Assembly: GCF_000026545.1 (NCBI RefSeq)
Contig: NC_011601.1
Direction: 5' to 3' (one strand)
From: Escherichia coli O127:H6 str. E2348/69
Lineage (GTDB): Bacteria; Pseudomonadota; Gammaproteobacteria; Enterobacterales; Enterobacteriaceae
Length of the DNA stretch: 64,000 nt
In this document: positions 42,909 through 58,038 of the stretch, piece by piece
How the letters are laid out: every line of letters starts with the position of its first letter
Position numbering within the stretch: the stretch's first letter is position 1
The notes under the pieces: model-generated
What the model saw: the letters and a program-made list of their open reading frames with translations, nothing else
Told to the model about the DNA's origin: nothing
Database searches by the model: none
Program-made: the position numbers and the translations under genes

Positions 42909-44642
42909 GTGAATATTCAGGCTCTTCTCTCAGAAAAAGTCCGTCAGGCCATGATTGCGGCAGGCGCGCCTGCGGATTGCGAACCGCAGGTTCGTCAGTC
43001 AGCAAAAGTTCAGTTCGGCGACTATCAGGCTAACGGCATGATGGCAGTTGCTAAAAAACTGGGTATGGCACCGCGACAATTAGCAGAGCAGGTGCTGACT
43101 CATCTGGATCTTAACGGTATCGCCAGCAAAGTTGAGATCGCCGGTCCAGGCTTTATCAACATTTTCCTTGATCCGGCATTCCTGGCTGAACATGTTCAGC
43201 AGGCGCTGGCGTCCGATCGTCTCGGTGTTGCTACGCCAGAAAAACAAACCATTGTGGTTGACTACTCTGCGCCAAACGTGGCGAAAGAGATGCATGTCGG
43301 TCACCTGCGCTCTACCATTATTGGTGACGCAGCAGTGCGTACTCTGGAGTTCCTCGGTCACAAAGTGATTCGCGCAAACCACGTCGGCGACTGGGGCACT
43401 CAGTTCGGTATGCTGATTGCATGGCTGGAAAAGCAGCAGCAGGAAAACGCCGGTGAAATGGAGCTGGCTGACCTTGAAGGTTTCTACCGCGATGCGAAAA
43501 AGCATTACGACGAGGATGAAGAGTTTGCCGAGCGTGCACGTAACTACGTGGTAAAACTGCAAAGCGGTGACGAATATTTCCGCGAGATGTGGCGCAAACT
43601 GGTCGACATCACCATGACGCAGAACCAGATCACCTACGATCGTCTGAACGTGACGCTGACCCGTGATGACGTGATGGGTGAAAGCCTCTACAACCCAATG
43701 CTGCCGGGTATCGTGGCGGACCTGAAAGCCAAAGGTCTGGCAGTAGAAAGTGAAGGCGCGAGCGTTGTATTCCTTGATGAGTTCAAAAACAAGGAAGGCG
43801 AACCGATGGGCGTGATCATTCAGAAGAAAGATGGTGGCTATCTCTACACCACCACTGATATCGCCTGTGCGAAATATCGTTATGAAACACTGCATGCCGA
43901 TCGCGTGCTGTATTACATCGACTCCCGTCAGCATCAACACCTGATGCAGGCGTGGGCTATCGTCCGCAAAGCAGGCTATGTACCGGAATCCGTACCGCTG
44001 GAACACCACATGTTCGGCATGATGCTGGGCAAAGATGGTAAACCGTTCAAAACCCGCGCGGGTGGTACGGTGAAACTGGCCGATCTGCTGGATGAAGCCC
44101 TGGAGCGTGCACGTCGTCTGGTGGCAGAAAAGAACCCGGATATGCCAGCCGACGAGCTGGAAAAACTGGCTAACGCGGTTGGTATTGGTGCGGTGAAATA
44201 TGCGGATCTCTCCAAAAACCGCACCACGGACTACATCTTCGACTGGGACAACATGCTGGCGTTTGAGGGTAATACCGCGCCATACATGCAGTATGCTTAC
44301 ACGCGTGTATTGTCCGTGTTCCGTAAAGCAGAAATTAACGAAGAGCAACTGGCTGCAGCTCCGGTAATCATCCGTGAAGATCGTGAAGCGCAACTGGCAG
44401 CTCGCCTGCTGCAGTTTGAAGAAACCCTCACTGTGGTTGCCCGTGAAGGCACGCCGCATGTGATGTGTGCTTACCTGTACGATCTGGCCGGTCTGTTCTC
44501 TGGCTTCTACGAGCACTGCCCGATCCTCAGCGCAGAAAGCGAAGAAGTGCGTAACAGCCGTCTGAAACTGGCACAACTGACGGCGAAGACGCTGAAGCTG
44601 GGTCTGGATACGCTGGGTATTGAGACAGTAGAGCGTATGTAA
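42909..44642 (+). CDS. argS: Arginine--tRNA ligase
   Basis: 577-aa class I aaRS ORF with HVGH motif ([14 protein letters not shown]); begins with GTG at 42909. Confidence 0.95.
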   Translation: MNIQALLSEKVRQAMIAAGAPADCEPQVRQSAKVQFGDYQANGMMAVAKKLGMAPRQLAEQVLTHLDLNGIASKVEIAGPGFINIFLDPAFLAEHVQQALASDRLGVATPEKQTIVVDYSAPNVAKEMHVGHLRSTIIGDAAVRTLEFLGHKVIRANHVGDWGTQFGMLIAWLEKQQQENAGEMELADLEGFYRDAKKHYDEDEEFAERARNYVVKLQSGDEYFREMWRKLVDITMTQNQITYDRLNVTLTRDDVMGESLYNPMLPGIVADLKAKGLAVESEGASVVFLDEFKNKEGEPMGVIIQKKDGGYLYTTTDIACAKYRYETLHADRVLYYIDSRQHQHLMQAWAIVRKAGYVPESVPLEHHMFGMMLGKDGKPFKTRAGGTVKLADLLDEALERARRLVAEKNPDMPADELEKLANAVGIGAVKYADLSKNRTTDYIFDWDNMLAFEGNTAPYMQYAYTRVLSVFRKAEINEEQLAAAPVIIREDREAQLAARLLQFEETLTVVAREGTPHVMCAYLYDLAGLFSGFYEHCPILSAESEEVRNSRLKLAQLTAKTLKLGLDTLGIETVERM

Positions 44643-44660
44643 TCGCGTTATACGGCAACA

Positions 44661-44690
44661 GCCGATGTCATTGCAGACATCGGCTTTTTT
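44661..44690 (+). terminator. Rho-independent terminator of argS
   Basis: GCCGATGTCattgcaGACATCGGCtttttt. Confidence 0.8.
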
Positions 44691-44694
44691 ATCA

Positions 44695-45087
44695 TTAACG
44701 ATAATTTACAATCACTTCATTCCGTTGAATCTTTAGCGGCGGAGTTAGCCGCCCACCGCCAGGCACTTCCCAGATAAAGCGCAACGATTCTGCCGCCGGT
44801 ATACCGGAAAAGGCCATGGTGGTTCCACTCTGCCCCTCTAATTCGACACAACGAGATTGTGAACACAAGCGAACCCGCAGTCCTGCAGGTGTCGGACCGA
44901 TAAGCTGATAACGCCACGCCACCAGCGTCATCAATCCTGAAGCAGGTTGTCGCGTAGAAAGAGGCGCTGACGACATCGATTCACCGCGATGATTTAGCGT
45001 AACGCCCACGCTACTCGCCTGCCACATCCCCTCCCCGGCGGCTTGCACCAGCAGCGGAAACAATAATATTGCTAATAAGGCTCTCAT
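44695..45087 (-). CDS. flhE: Flagellar protein FlhE
   Basis: 130-aa ORF with signal peptide; last gene of the flhBAE operon. Confidence 0.9.
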   Translation of the reverse strand: MRALLAILLFPLLVQAAGEGMWQASSVGVTLNHRGESMSSAPLSTRQPASGLMTLVAWRYQLIGPTPAGLRVRLCSQSRCVELEGQSGTTMAFSGIPAAESLRFIWEVPGGGRLTPPLKIQRNEVIVNYR

Positions 45088-47165
45088 TATTTGCCGCCAA
45101 TCGTCGCCGTCATACGGATATGTCGGTTATCTGATAGTTCCAGATTCGACAGCACCACTAACTGCGGCAAGCTGCGGCGCAGGAAGCGAGACAATAATGG
45201 TCGCAGCGCGTGGTTCACCAACAGTACCGGCGGCGCACCCAACATCTCCTGACGGGATAGCGCTTCCTGAGTTTGCGCCAACAAGCGATCCGCCAGCCCT
45301 GGCTCCAGTCCCCCCCCGCCCTGCAATGCCTGTAGCAACAAACGTTCCAGCGGTGTATCGAGGCCAATAACATGGACTTCATCTTTGCCAGGAAACCACT
45401 GCTGGGTAATCGCACGTCCCAACGCCACGCGCACGACAGCGGTTAATTCATGCGGATCGCTCTGGATGGGCGCATGTTCCGCCAGCGTTTCGAGAATGGT
45501 GCGCATATCGCGAATCGGCACTTTTTCATCGAGCAGATTTTGCAGCACTTTATGCAGTGTGGTAAGCGTGACGACGCCAGGAACGAGATCTTCCGTCAGC
45601 TTTGGCATCTCCTGGGCGACGCGATCCAGCAGCTGTTGCGCCTCCTGACGACCAAACAGCTCTGCGGCATGCTGGCTAATGAGGTGGTTAAGATGCGTTG
45701 CCACCACCGTGCTGGCCTCAACCACGGTGTACCCCTGAATCTGCGCCTGCTCTTTAAGCGCACTTTCAATCCAGATAGCATTCAGGCCAAATGCCGGATC
45801 GACGGTCGCCTCACCAGGTAACGTCCCGGCAGCGGTTCCAGGGTTAATCGCCAACCAACGCCCCGGATAAGCATCACCACTGCCTATCTCCACGCCTTTC
45901 ATCAAAATGCGATAGCGGGCAGGTTGCAGATCCATATTGTCGCGAATGTGTACCACTGGCGGCAGAAACCCCATCTCCTGGGCAAATTTCTTGCGAATAC
46001 TGCGAATACGCCCCAACAACTCGCCATCCTGCTGGAAATCGACCATCGGGATCAGTCGATAACCCACTTCCATTCCCAGAGAATCTTCCAGTTGTACATC
46101 GTTCCACGTCGCTTCGACAACGGTATTATTCTCTGCCATTTTTACCGGTTTTGGTTCAGCAGGCGCTTTTTGTTCACGTCCGCGGATCCACCAGGCCAGC
46201 CCCAGCAATCCGGCAGTGAACAGCAAAAATACCAGGTTCGGCATTCCAGGCACCAGGCCGAGTAAACCGAGCACGGCGGCGCTTAATAACATAACGCTCG
46301 GATTACTGAAAAGCTGATTCACCATCTGCTCGCCAACATCCTGATCGGTGCTGACACGTGTAACGATGACGCCCGCGGCGGTAGAAATCACCAGTGCCGG
46401 GATTTGTGCCACCAGACCGTCGCCAATGGTCAATAGCGTATAACTTTCCGCCGCGTGCCCCATGCTCATGCCATGTTGCAGCACACCGACCAGCAATCCG
46501 CCGACAACGTTAATGACCATGATGAGGATCCCGGCGATGGCATCGCCGCGAACAAACTTACTTGCCCCGTCCATCGAGCCGTAAAAATCGGCTTCCTGAG
46601 TCACTTCGGAGCGGCGTTTTTTCGCTTCATCTTCACCAATCAATCCGGCGTTAAGGTCGGCGTCAATCGCCATCTGCTTACCCGGCATACCATCGAGAAC
46701 AAAGCGTGCGCCCACTTCCGCAATACGCCCGGCACCTTTGGTGATAACCATAAAGTTGATGATCACGAGAATGACGAACACCACGATACCGATAGCGAAA
46801 TTGCCACCAACGAGGAAGTGACCGAACGCTTCGACCACCTTTCCAGCCGCCGCCGCGCCGGTATGCCCTTCCATCAAAATGATACGGGTTGAAGCCACGT
46901 TAAGTGCCAGACGCAACAGCGTGGTAAACAACAGGATGGTCGGAAACGCAGCAAACTCGAGCGTGCGCTGGGTAAACATCGCCACCAGCAACACCATGAT
47001 CGACAAGGCAATATTGAAGGTAAACAGCAGGTCGAGTATGAATGCGGGCAGTGGTAGTACCATCATCGACAAGATCAACAGGATCAAAATCGGTCCGGCA
47101 AGGATCTGCCATTGTGTCGATTTCAGGTTTGCAGGCAGGCGCAGCATCGCGGCCAGATTACTCAT
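45087..47165 (-). CDS. flhA: Flagellar type III export apparatus protein FlhA
   Basis: ORF 45087..47240; start at internal ATG (MSNLAAMLRLPANLK) gives 692 aa; overlaps the flhB stop. Confidence 0.95.
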   Translation of the reverse strand: MSNLAAMLRLPANLKSTQWQILAGPILILLILSMMVLPLPAFILDLLFTFNIALSIMVLLVAMFTQRTLEFAAFPTILLFTTLLRLALNVASTRIILMEGHTGAAAAGKVVEAFGHFLVGGNFAIGIVVFVILVIINFMVITKGAGRIAEVGARFVLDGMPGKQMAIDADLNAGLIGEDEAKKRRSEVTQEADFYGSMDGASKFVRGDAIAGILIMVINVVGGLLVGVLQHGMSMGHAAESYTLLTIGDGLVAQIPALVISTAAGVIVTRVSTDQDVGEQMVNQLFSNPSVMLLSAAVLGLLGLVPGMPNLVFLLFTAGLLGLAWWIRGREQKAPAEPKPVKMAENNTVVEATWNDVQLEDSLGMEVGYRLIPMVDFQQDGELLGRIRSIRKKFAQEMGFLPPVVHIRDNMDLQPARYRILMKGVEIGSGDAYPGRWLAINPGTAAGTLPGEATVDPAFGLNAIWIESALKEQAQIQGYTVVEASTVVATHLNHLISQHAAELFGRQEAQQLLDRVAQEMPKLTEDLVPGVVTLTTLHKVLQNLLDEKVPIRDMRTILETLAEHAPIQSDPHELTAVVRVALGRAITQQWFPGKDEVHVIGLDTPLERLLLQALQGGGGLEPGLADRLLAQTQEALSRQEMLGAPPVLLVNHALRPLLSRFLRRSLPQLVVLSNLELSDNRHIRMTATIGGK

Positions 47166-48306
47166 GGGTCGGTTTCTCGTTAATAAAATCCAGGGCTTCC
47201 GGCACCGGAAGATGAGTAGGTTGTACAGGGCGTTGTCCACCAGCCAGACGCCAGCGTTTCAGTTGCCAGACCCAGGCCAGCACTTCCGCCACCGCGGCGT
47301 ACAGTTGACCCGGGATTTGTTGACCGATCTCCGCATGTCGATACAGCGCACGCGCCAGCGGCGGCGCTTCAAGCGTCGGGACGTTATTTTCAGCGCCAAT
47401 TTCACGAATGCGCAGCGCGACCAGCCCTGCACCTTTAGCGACCACTTTCGGTGCGCTCATTTTGTTTTCGTCATACTGCAAAGCCACTGAGTAGTGAGTT
47501 GGGTTATTGACGATAACGTCCGCTTTCGGCACATCGGCCATCATCCGCCGCCGCGCCGCAGCTCGCTGCATCTGACGGATTCGCCCTTTGACATGAGGGT
47601 CGCCTTCTCTTTGTTTGAACTCATCACGAATATCCTGCCGTGACATACGCAGCTTTTTCAGGTGGCTGAAGATTTGGAAAAAGACGTCAAATCCCACCAT
47701 CGGAATGACACCAAGCACCACCAGCAGCGCGCATAGCCCTACCAGATCCATCGCATTACCCATGGCGGTAATCGGAGACTCGGCCATTAAGCGCATCATC
47801 TGCGGCCAGTGATGCCAGAGAAAAAACCCCGTCACGCTGCCAACAAGGATGGTTTTCAAAATTGCCTTAAGCAACTCCGCGCCAGTCTGTGCCGAGAACA
47901 TCCGTTTAATGCCCGGTAGCGGGTTGAGTTTGGAAAACTTCGGCTGCAAGGATTTTCCACTAAATACCAGCCCCCCCAACATAACCGGAGAAATAATCGC
48001 CACCAGCACCACGCCGCTAATCAGCGGTAACAGCGCCAGCATGGCTTCTCTGATCAGCAGAATAATCTGCCCGAGGATCAGATTCGGGTCATTGATAATA
48101 CTGTGATCAAAATGCAGCCCAGCGGAGAGCATGCCCGACAATCGACGGGCCAGCGACACACCGCCAAACCAGATAACACTAACGCCCACCAGCAAAATCA
48201 GCAGTGAAGTCAGTTCACGGGAACGCGGGATTTGCCCCTCTTCCCGCGCTTTTTCTAGTCGGTGAGGTGTGGGGGCTTCTGTTTTGTCGTCGCTCTCGTC
48301 AGACAC
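47158..48306 (-). CDS. flhB: Flagellar export apparatus protein FlhB (substrate-specificity switch)
   Basis: 382-aa ORF containing the NPTH autocleavage motif (VIVNNPTHYSVAL). Confidence 0.95.
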   Translation of the reverse strand: MSDESDDKTEAPTPHRLEKAREEGQIPRSRELTSLLILLVGVSVIWFGGVSLARRLSGMLSAGLHFDHSIINDPNLILGQIILLIREAMLALLPLISGVVLVAIISPVMLGGLVFSGKSLQPKFSKLNPLPGIKRMFSAQTGAELLKAILKTILVGSVTGFFLWHHWPQMMRLMAESPITAMGNAMDLVGLCALLVVLGVIPMVGFDVFFQIFSHLKKLRMSRQDIRDEFKQREGDPHVKGRIRQMQRAAARRRMMADVPKADVIVNNPTHYSVALQYDENKMSAPKVVAKGAGLVALRIREIGAENNVPTLEAPPLARALYRHAEIGQQIPGQLYAAVAEVLAWVWQLKRWRLAGGQRPVQPTHLPVPEALDFINEKPTHE

Positions 48307-48437
48307 GTCGCCAATCCTGGAAAGAGTATTGAGCGTAAATGATGCCAGAGCGCAAAGCGTTCAATGGTTTGAGTAAGGGGCAAAACAGGCGGGATTTAGG
48401 GCTTTTACTGCCACACATCAAGCATAGTATGCGTTTG

Positions 48438-48487
48438 TCGGATGCGGCGTCATCGCCTGATATGACGCGGCCACGTCACATCAGGCA
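48438..48487. repeat. REP unit in the cheZ-flhB intergenic region
   Basis: GTCGGATGCGGCGTCATCGCCTGATATGACGCGGCCACGTCACATCAGGC. Confidence 0.6.
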
Positions 48488-48494
48488 ATACAAA

Positions 48495-49139
48495 TCAAAA
48501 TCCAAGACTATCCAACAAATCGTCCACCTGATCCTGACTGGCTACCACACCGGCTTTGCTGGTATCGACCTGAGGTCCATTAAGCAAACTCTGATTTTCA
48601 CGCTTTGGACGCGATTCCTGTTCGGGGATGTTTTCCAACAGCACCATCAGCAACTGACGTTCGATCTCCTGAATGACATCCATCATCCGCTTAATGACCT
48701 GTCCGGTGAGATCCTGAAAATCCTGCGCCATCATGATTTCCAGCAGTTGCGCGTTAGTAAAGCTGGTATGCGCGGGGACATCTGCCAGAAATTGCCGCGT
48801 ATCTGTTACCAGTTCTCGGGCGTCGGCAAGGTCAATCGGATCGGCAAACCAGTCATCCCAACGTTGGGTTAACGCTTTTGCTGATTTCTCCATTTGATCC
48901 TGATGCGGTTGTGACGCCTCAACACTGTTCAGCGCCCGCTCCGCAGCCTGGGCGGTCATCTGCACAACATAGTACAAACGATCGCGCGCATCGGGGATGG
49001 CTTCCGCCGCTTCGGCAATGGCCTGATCCAGCCCCAGCTCCCGCAAACTGTCGCGCAGCATACGCGTCAGGCTGCCGATGCGCGCAATGATATCGCCAGC
49101 TGAATGCTCGTCAGCAGGTTTGATTGATGGTTGCATCAT
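48495..49139 (-). CDS. cheZ: CheY-P phosphatase CheZ
   Basis: ORF 48495..49169; start at internal ATG ([18 protein letters not shown]) gives 214 aa. Confidence 0.95.
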
Positions 49140-49149
49140 AGTCGCATCC

Positions 49150-50603
<1,454 letters not shown>

Positions 50604-50605
50604 CG

Positions 50606-51466
50606 TTAATCCTTACTTAGCGCATACACCGTCTGACCACGCAGCGTGAAGCGGCGCTCAAGGTGGCTAAAGTTTTCAGAGTGACCCGCAAACAGCAATC
50701 CGTCGGGTTTAAGGAGCGAAACAAAGCGGCGCAAAATCTCCTGCTGGGTAGTTTGATCGAAGTAGATCATGACGTTACGACAGAAGATCGCATCAAACGG
50801 CCCCGGCACGGTGTACTGTTTCGCCAGCAAATTCAGCGGGGCAAAATCAACATAGTTCGCCAGCTCCTGACGCACGCGTACCAGCCCTTCATGCGGTCCC
50901 GTCCCTCGCATGAAATACCGTTGCAGTTGCTGCGGCGTCAGGTTTTTCAACTCTTCATGGCGATAAATACCGCTTCTGGCTTTTTCCAGCACTTCGGTGT
51001 CGATATCGCTGGCAAACACTTTCCATCGTCCGGGCGCGGTGCCCAATGTATCAGCCAGCGTCATCGCTATGCTGTACGGCTCTTCGCCGGTTGAAGCCGC
51101 CGCGCTCCATACGCGATACTCGCCAGAACGGCGACGTGCGTGATCCGCGAGCAGAGGAAAATGGTGTGCCTCACGGAAAAATGCCGTCAGATTCGTGGTC
51201 AGCGAATTGATAAACGCCTGCCACTCACCGCTGTGCTGATTAGATTCCAGCAAGTTCAGGTAATGACCGAAATCCGCCAGTCCCAGCGCACGCAAACGAC
51301 GAACCAGTCGGTTGTAAACCATGTCGCGTTTATGGTCAGCCAGAACGATCCCGGCTCGTTGATAGATCAATTGACTTATCCGCCGAAAATGCGCGTCGGA
51401 AAGCGCCAGGCGCTCGGTCATCTGTAACAATAAAGACGTTTGCCCACAGGGCAGAGATGAAGTCAT
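50606..51466 (-). CDS. cheR: Chemotaxis receptor methyltransferase CheR
   Basis: 286-aa ORF. Confidence 0.97.
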
Positions 51467-51484
51467 AGCGCCTTCTCAATCACT

Positions 51485-51711
51485 TCAGGATACCACTGGC
51501 GCAATTTGTAACTGCGCCGACTCATGTCGTGCTACTTCATGTTCTTCAAGGGTAAATACCGCCACACGCGACGAAAGATGGTCGGCCTGATTCAGTCGTT
51601 GCAAATCGTCGCGAAATGCCCAAAAGACATGCCGTTACTGCCAATCTGCAAGATCCCGCAGAGAATCAAAGTTAAAAACAGCGTGGTCGAAATTCGAATA
51701 CGATTAAACAT
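51485..51711 (-). pseudogene. tap: tap remnant: MCP 5' end (about 30 codons) joined to MCP 3' end (about 33 codons); central ~1.4 kb absent
   Basis: ATG at 51711 opens MFNRIRISTTLFLTLILCGILQIGSNGMSF, paralleling the Tar N-terminus in this window, and stops after 39 codons at 51592; a second frame runs ...AFRDDLQRLNQADHLSSRVAVFTLEEHEVARHESAQLQIAPVVS to a stop at 51485, 18 bp before cheR. Confidence 0.7.
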
Positions 51712-51756
51712 CAACGCTCCCCATCAGGCGGCAATGACCGCTTTAGTAAATACTCG

Positions 51757-53418
51757 TCAAAATGTTTCCCAGTTTGGATCTTGTTCAGCAATTCGCAGTC
51801 GTGGCTGTGCCGGTGGTTGCTCACTGGCAGGACGGGATGGTGTTTGCAGTTTATTGGTGAGTGGGCTGGCTGCCAGACGGAACGCGGAAACCGCTTGCGT
51901 TAAACGACTCGCCTGTTCTTCCAGCGCAGCTGCGGCGGCAGCTGATTCCTGCACCAGCGATGCGTTCTGTTGCGTGACGCGATCCATTTCCGAAACCGCC
52001 AATGCGACTTGATCGATGCCACGGCTCTGTTCATCCGATGCTGATGCAATCTCGCCCATAATGTCAGTCACGCGAGTGACAGCATTGACGATATTGTTCA
52101 TTGTTTCCCCAGCGCTTTCGACCAGCACCGAACCGGTATCAACGCGCGAGACGGAGTCTTCAATGAGGGCTTTGATCTCTTTTGCCGCCTGTGCACTGCG
52201 ACTGGCAAGATTACGCACTTCACCCGCCACCACGGCAAAACCACGGCCCTGTTCACCCGCTCGCGCGGCTTCAACAGCGGCATTCAGCGCGAGGATATTA
52301 GTCTGGAAGGCAATACCATCAATAACGCTGATAATGTCGGCAATTTTCTTCGAACTATCGGCGATCTCATGCATCGTTTTCACTACGCCATCCACCACTT
52401 TGCCGCCGTGCTGGGCGGTGTCGGAGGCACTTTGCGCCAGTTGCGAGGCCTGGCGGGCGTTATCGGCGTTTTGCTTCACTGTCGCGGTGAGCTGCTCCAT
52501 GCTGGCGGCAGTTTCTTCCAGCGCGGATGCCTGCTGTTCAGTACGGGAGGAAAGATCGGTGTTGCCCGCCGCAATTTCACGGGTACCGGCATAGATGGCA
52601 TCTGAACCTTCGCGCACATGAGTGACGGTGTCAGTCAAAGAGCGTTGCATATGTGAAACACTCTGCGCCAGGTCGCCCATTTCACTGCGCCCGTCAATGG
52701 TCAGGGTATTCGCCAGGTTACCATCGGCAATTTCGCGAATATGCGCAATAATTTTTGCCAGCGGTGTAAGCAACATACGGCGAATGCCGTACCACGCCAC
52801 CAGCAGAATCAATACCACCACCAGCGCGATAACCGCCAGTTGCCACTGGGCAAATCGGTAATCATCTGCGTTGTCAGTGACGATATCGCGATACAGTTTT
52901 TCACTGCTGAGGGCGTACTGAGCAAACGCTTCGCCCATTGCATTTTGCATTCCCTGGGTTGGCTGAGCGAAATAAGCTCCAGTATTGCCATAATCAAGAT
53001 AATCAATCAGTTCAGTTAACGCTGTGTGATAGTTTTTATATTTTTCATCAATATTACGACTGGTAGCGACCATTTCAGGTAACGGTGCCATGCTTTTGAA
53101 TTTTTTATAATGCGTCGCGGCCTGGGCCAATGTTTTCCTGGCGCTATCGAGCAATTCAACTTTGGCATTACTTTGCTGATTGGATGAATCCATCATCATC
53201 CGCACCGCTGAACGACTCAGGTTAATGCGCGTTTGCAGCATTAAATCCCATGTTGACGTCAGCTCGCCCTGCTGTTCCCGTAATTGATTGGAAACCACAA
53301 AGCTCTTCTGGCTATGGTGAAGGGAAGAAAAAAACAGACTGCCGGAAATAAGCTGTAACAGTGCGAATACCCCCAGCACCATTACCAACAGCGTGACTAC
53401 GCGGATACGGTTAATCAT
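51757..53418 (-). CDS. tar: Methyl-accepting chemotaxis protein II (aspartate/maltose receptor Tar)
   Basis: ORF 51757..53439; start at internal ATG ([21 protein letters not shown]) gives 553 aa; ends with the NWETF pentapeptide. Confidence 0.95.
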   Translation of the reverse strand: MINRIRVVTLLVMVLGVFALLQLISGSLFFSSLHHSQKSFVVSNQLREQQGELTSTWDLMLQTRINLSRSAVRMMMDSSNQQSNAKVELLDSARKTLAQAATHYKKFKSMAPLPEMVATSRNIDEKYKNYHTALTELIDYLDYGNTGAYFAQPTQGMQNAMGEAFAQYALSSEKLYRDIVTDNADDYRFAQWQLAVIALVVVLILLVAWYGIRRMLLTPLAKIIAHIREIADGNLANTLTIDGRSEMGDLAQSVSHMQRSLTDTVTHVREGSDAIYAGTREIAAGNTDLSSRTEQQASALEETAASMEQLTATVKQNADNARQASQLAQSASDTAQHGGKVVDGVVKTMHEIADSSKKIADIISVIDGIAFQTNILALNAAVEAARAGEQGRGFAVVAGEVRNLASRSAQAAKEIKALIEDSVSRVDTGSVLVESAGETMNNIVNAVTRVTDIMGEIASASDEQSRGIDQVALAVSEMDRVTQQNASLVQESAAAAAALEEQASRLTQAVSAFRLAASPLTNKLQTPSRPASEQPPAQPRLRIAEQDPNWETF

Positions 53419-53449
53419 AAGGCACCTTCCTGAAAACAAGTTGATCTCG

Positions 53450-53476
53450 TTATCGGCAAGGAGGGGGGAAACTTTA
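53450..53476 (-). promoter_or_regulatory. Sigma-28 (FliA) class 3 promoter of the tar operon
   Basis: Minus strand reads TAAAGTTT-N11-GCCGATAA, a perfect match to the sigma-28 consensus, about 30 bp upstream of the tar ATG. Confidence 0.85.
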
Positions 53477-53496
53477 TTGCTGATGCCACCCGCCGC

Positions 53497-53526
53497 GAAA
53501 TTGAAATAAAAAACCCGATGCGCAGA
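53497..53526 (-). terminator. Rho-independent terminator downstream of cheW
   Basis: Minus strand reads ACCCGATGatctgcgCATCGGGTtttttatttc. Confidence 0.7.
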
Positions 53527-53562
53527 TCATCGGGTTCATTTCAATTGAGGAAATCGGGAGAA

Positions 53563-54066
53563 TTACGCCACTTCTGACGCCGCGCTATCTAACAGCGCCA
53601 TCTCTTCGCTGTTCAGCAGTTTTTCGATGTTCACCAGAATCAACATGCGGTCGCCCAGTGCGCCCAGTCCTGTGAGATATTCGGTTGAAAGCGTCACGGC
53701 AAATTCCGGTGCCGGACGAATTTGCTCCGCCGTCAATGAAAGCACGTCTGAGACGCCGTCAACCACGATGCCGACCACCCGCTGTCCGAGATTCAGGACG
53801 ATAACTACCGTGTTGTCGTTATAGTCCACATCCACCTGGCTGAACTTAATTCGTAAGTCAACAATCGGCACAATAACGCCGCGCAGATTCGTGACGCCTT
53901 TGATAAACGCTGGCGTGTTCGCAATCCGTGTCACCTGATCGTAGCCACGGATCTCCTGCACTTTCAGAATATCAATACCGTACTCTTCATCACCAAGGGT
54001 AAATACCAGAAATTCCTGGCCTGACGGCTCGCTGGCCAGCTTTGTTACATTCGTCATACCGGTCAT
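53563..54066 (-). CDS. cheW: Chemotaxis coupling protein CheW
   Basis: 167-aa ORF. Confidence 0.97.
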
Positions 54067-54086
54067 ATTGTTACCTTTTTACTCAT

Positions 54087-56978
<2,892 letters not shown>

Positions 56979-56982
<4 letters not shown>

Positions 56983-57866
56983 GCTTCCTCGGTTGTCGTC
57001 TGTTGTTGCGGATTTTTCACCGCACGCACATGCTCTTCCAGCTCAATAAACGACGGACGTTCGCTGGAATAGAGCGTTTTGCGACCAAACTCAACGGCGA
57101 TAGGCGGTGCGTAACCGTTCAGATTTGAAAGCAGAGTGACTTTGACGCACTGCATCATTTTGCTGGTTTCGGCGCTTTTCTGACGTAAAACACTCGCTAA
57201 TGGGGAAATAAATCCGTAAGCCAATAAAATACCGAGGAAAGTCCCCACCATCGCATGAGCGATAAGCGCCCCCAGCTCGGCGGCAGGACGATCGGCTGAA
57301 CCTAACGCGTGAACGACCCCCATTACAGCCGCAACAATACCAAACGCCGGAAGTGAGTCCCCGACCAGCGCCAGACTGTTCGCCGGGACTTCTGCCTCGC
57401 TTTCGTGCGTCTCAATCTCTTCATCCATCAGAGCTTCGATTTCGAAGGTGTTCATGTGACCACTGATAATCAGGCGCAGATAATCGACGATAAATTCAAG
57501 CATGACGCTATCCGCAAGGATGCGTGGGTAGCTGGCGAAGATCTCGCTCTCACGGGGATTTTCAATATCGCGTTCCAGCGAAAACATCCCCATCTGCCGC
57601 GATTTCGCCATCAACCGATAAAGCAGAGCCAGCAGATCCATATACATTGCTTTGGTGTATTTGGAGCGACGAAACAGCAACGGCAGCGCCTTCAGCGTGC
57701 CTTTAATCGCTTTGCCATTATTGCCGACGATAAACGACCCAATCCCTGCACCGGCAATAATCACCAGTTCAGCGGGTTGATAGAGTGCTCCAAGGCTTCC
57801 ACCGGTCATCAAATAACCGCCGAAAACTGTACCGAGAACAACCAGGTAACCTAATAAGATAAGCAC
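56979..57866 (-). CDS. motA: Flagellar motor stator protein MotA
   Basis: 295-aa ORF overlapping the motB start by 4 bp. Confidence 0.97.
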
Positions 57867-57937
57867 GACATCATCCTTCCACTGTTGACCATGACAGGAT
57901 GTTCAGTCATCAGGCGTTAACACGCGATAGGGGCAAA

Positions 57938-58038
57938 AAAAAGCAGCGGTACGTCGTTACCGCTGCTGGAATGTTTCGCCACACCGTATCAGTTAAACAG
58001 CCTGTACTCTCTGTTCATCCAGCAGTTGTGGGATAATA
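57938..58038 (-). ncRNA. Candidate MotR-type sRNA / motA 5' leader, ending at an intrinsic terminator; ends are approximate
   Basis: Sigma-28 promoter at 58046..58072 inside the flhC 3' end, followed about 100 nt downstream by hairpin CAGCAGCGGTAACGACGTACCGCTGC plus T8 (57938..57972) before the motA ATG. Confidence 0.4.

Noticed and set aside
43080-44576. 498-aa ORF on the minus strand
   Set aside because: Lies entirely antisense to argS, whose translation is an unmistakable class I aminoacyl-tRNA synthetase; the antisense product is low-complexity and Cys/His/Phe-rich with no recognisable fold. Treated as a shadow ORF.
51467-51756. Ordinary tar-cheR intergenic spacer
   Set aside because: It contains a start codon with an MCP-type signal/TM1 peptide and an in-frame MCP-type C-terminal tail ending 18 bp before cheR, which is better explained as a deleted tap gene.
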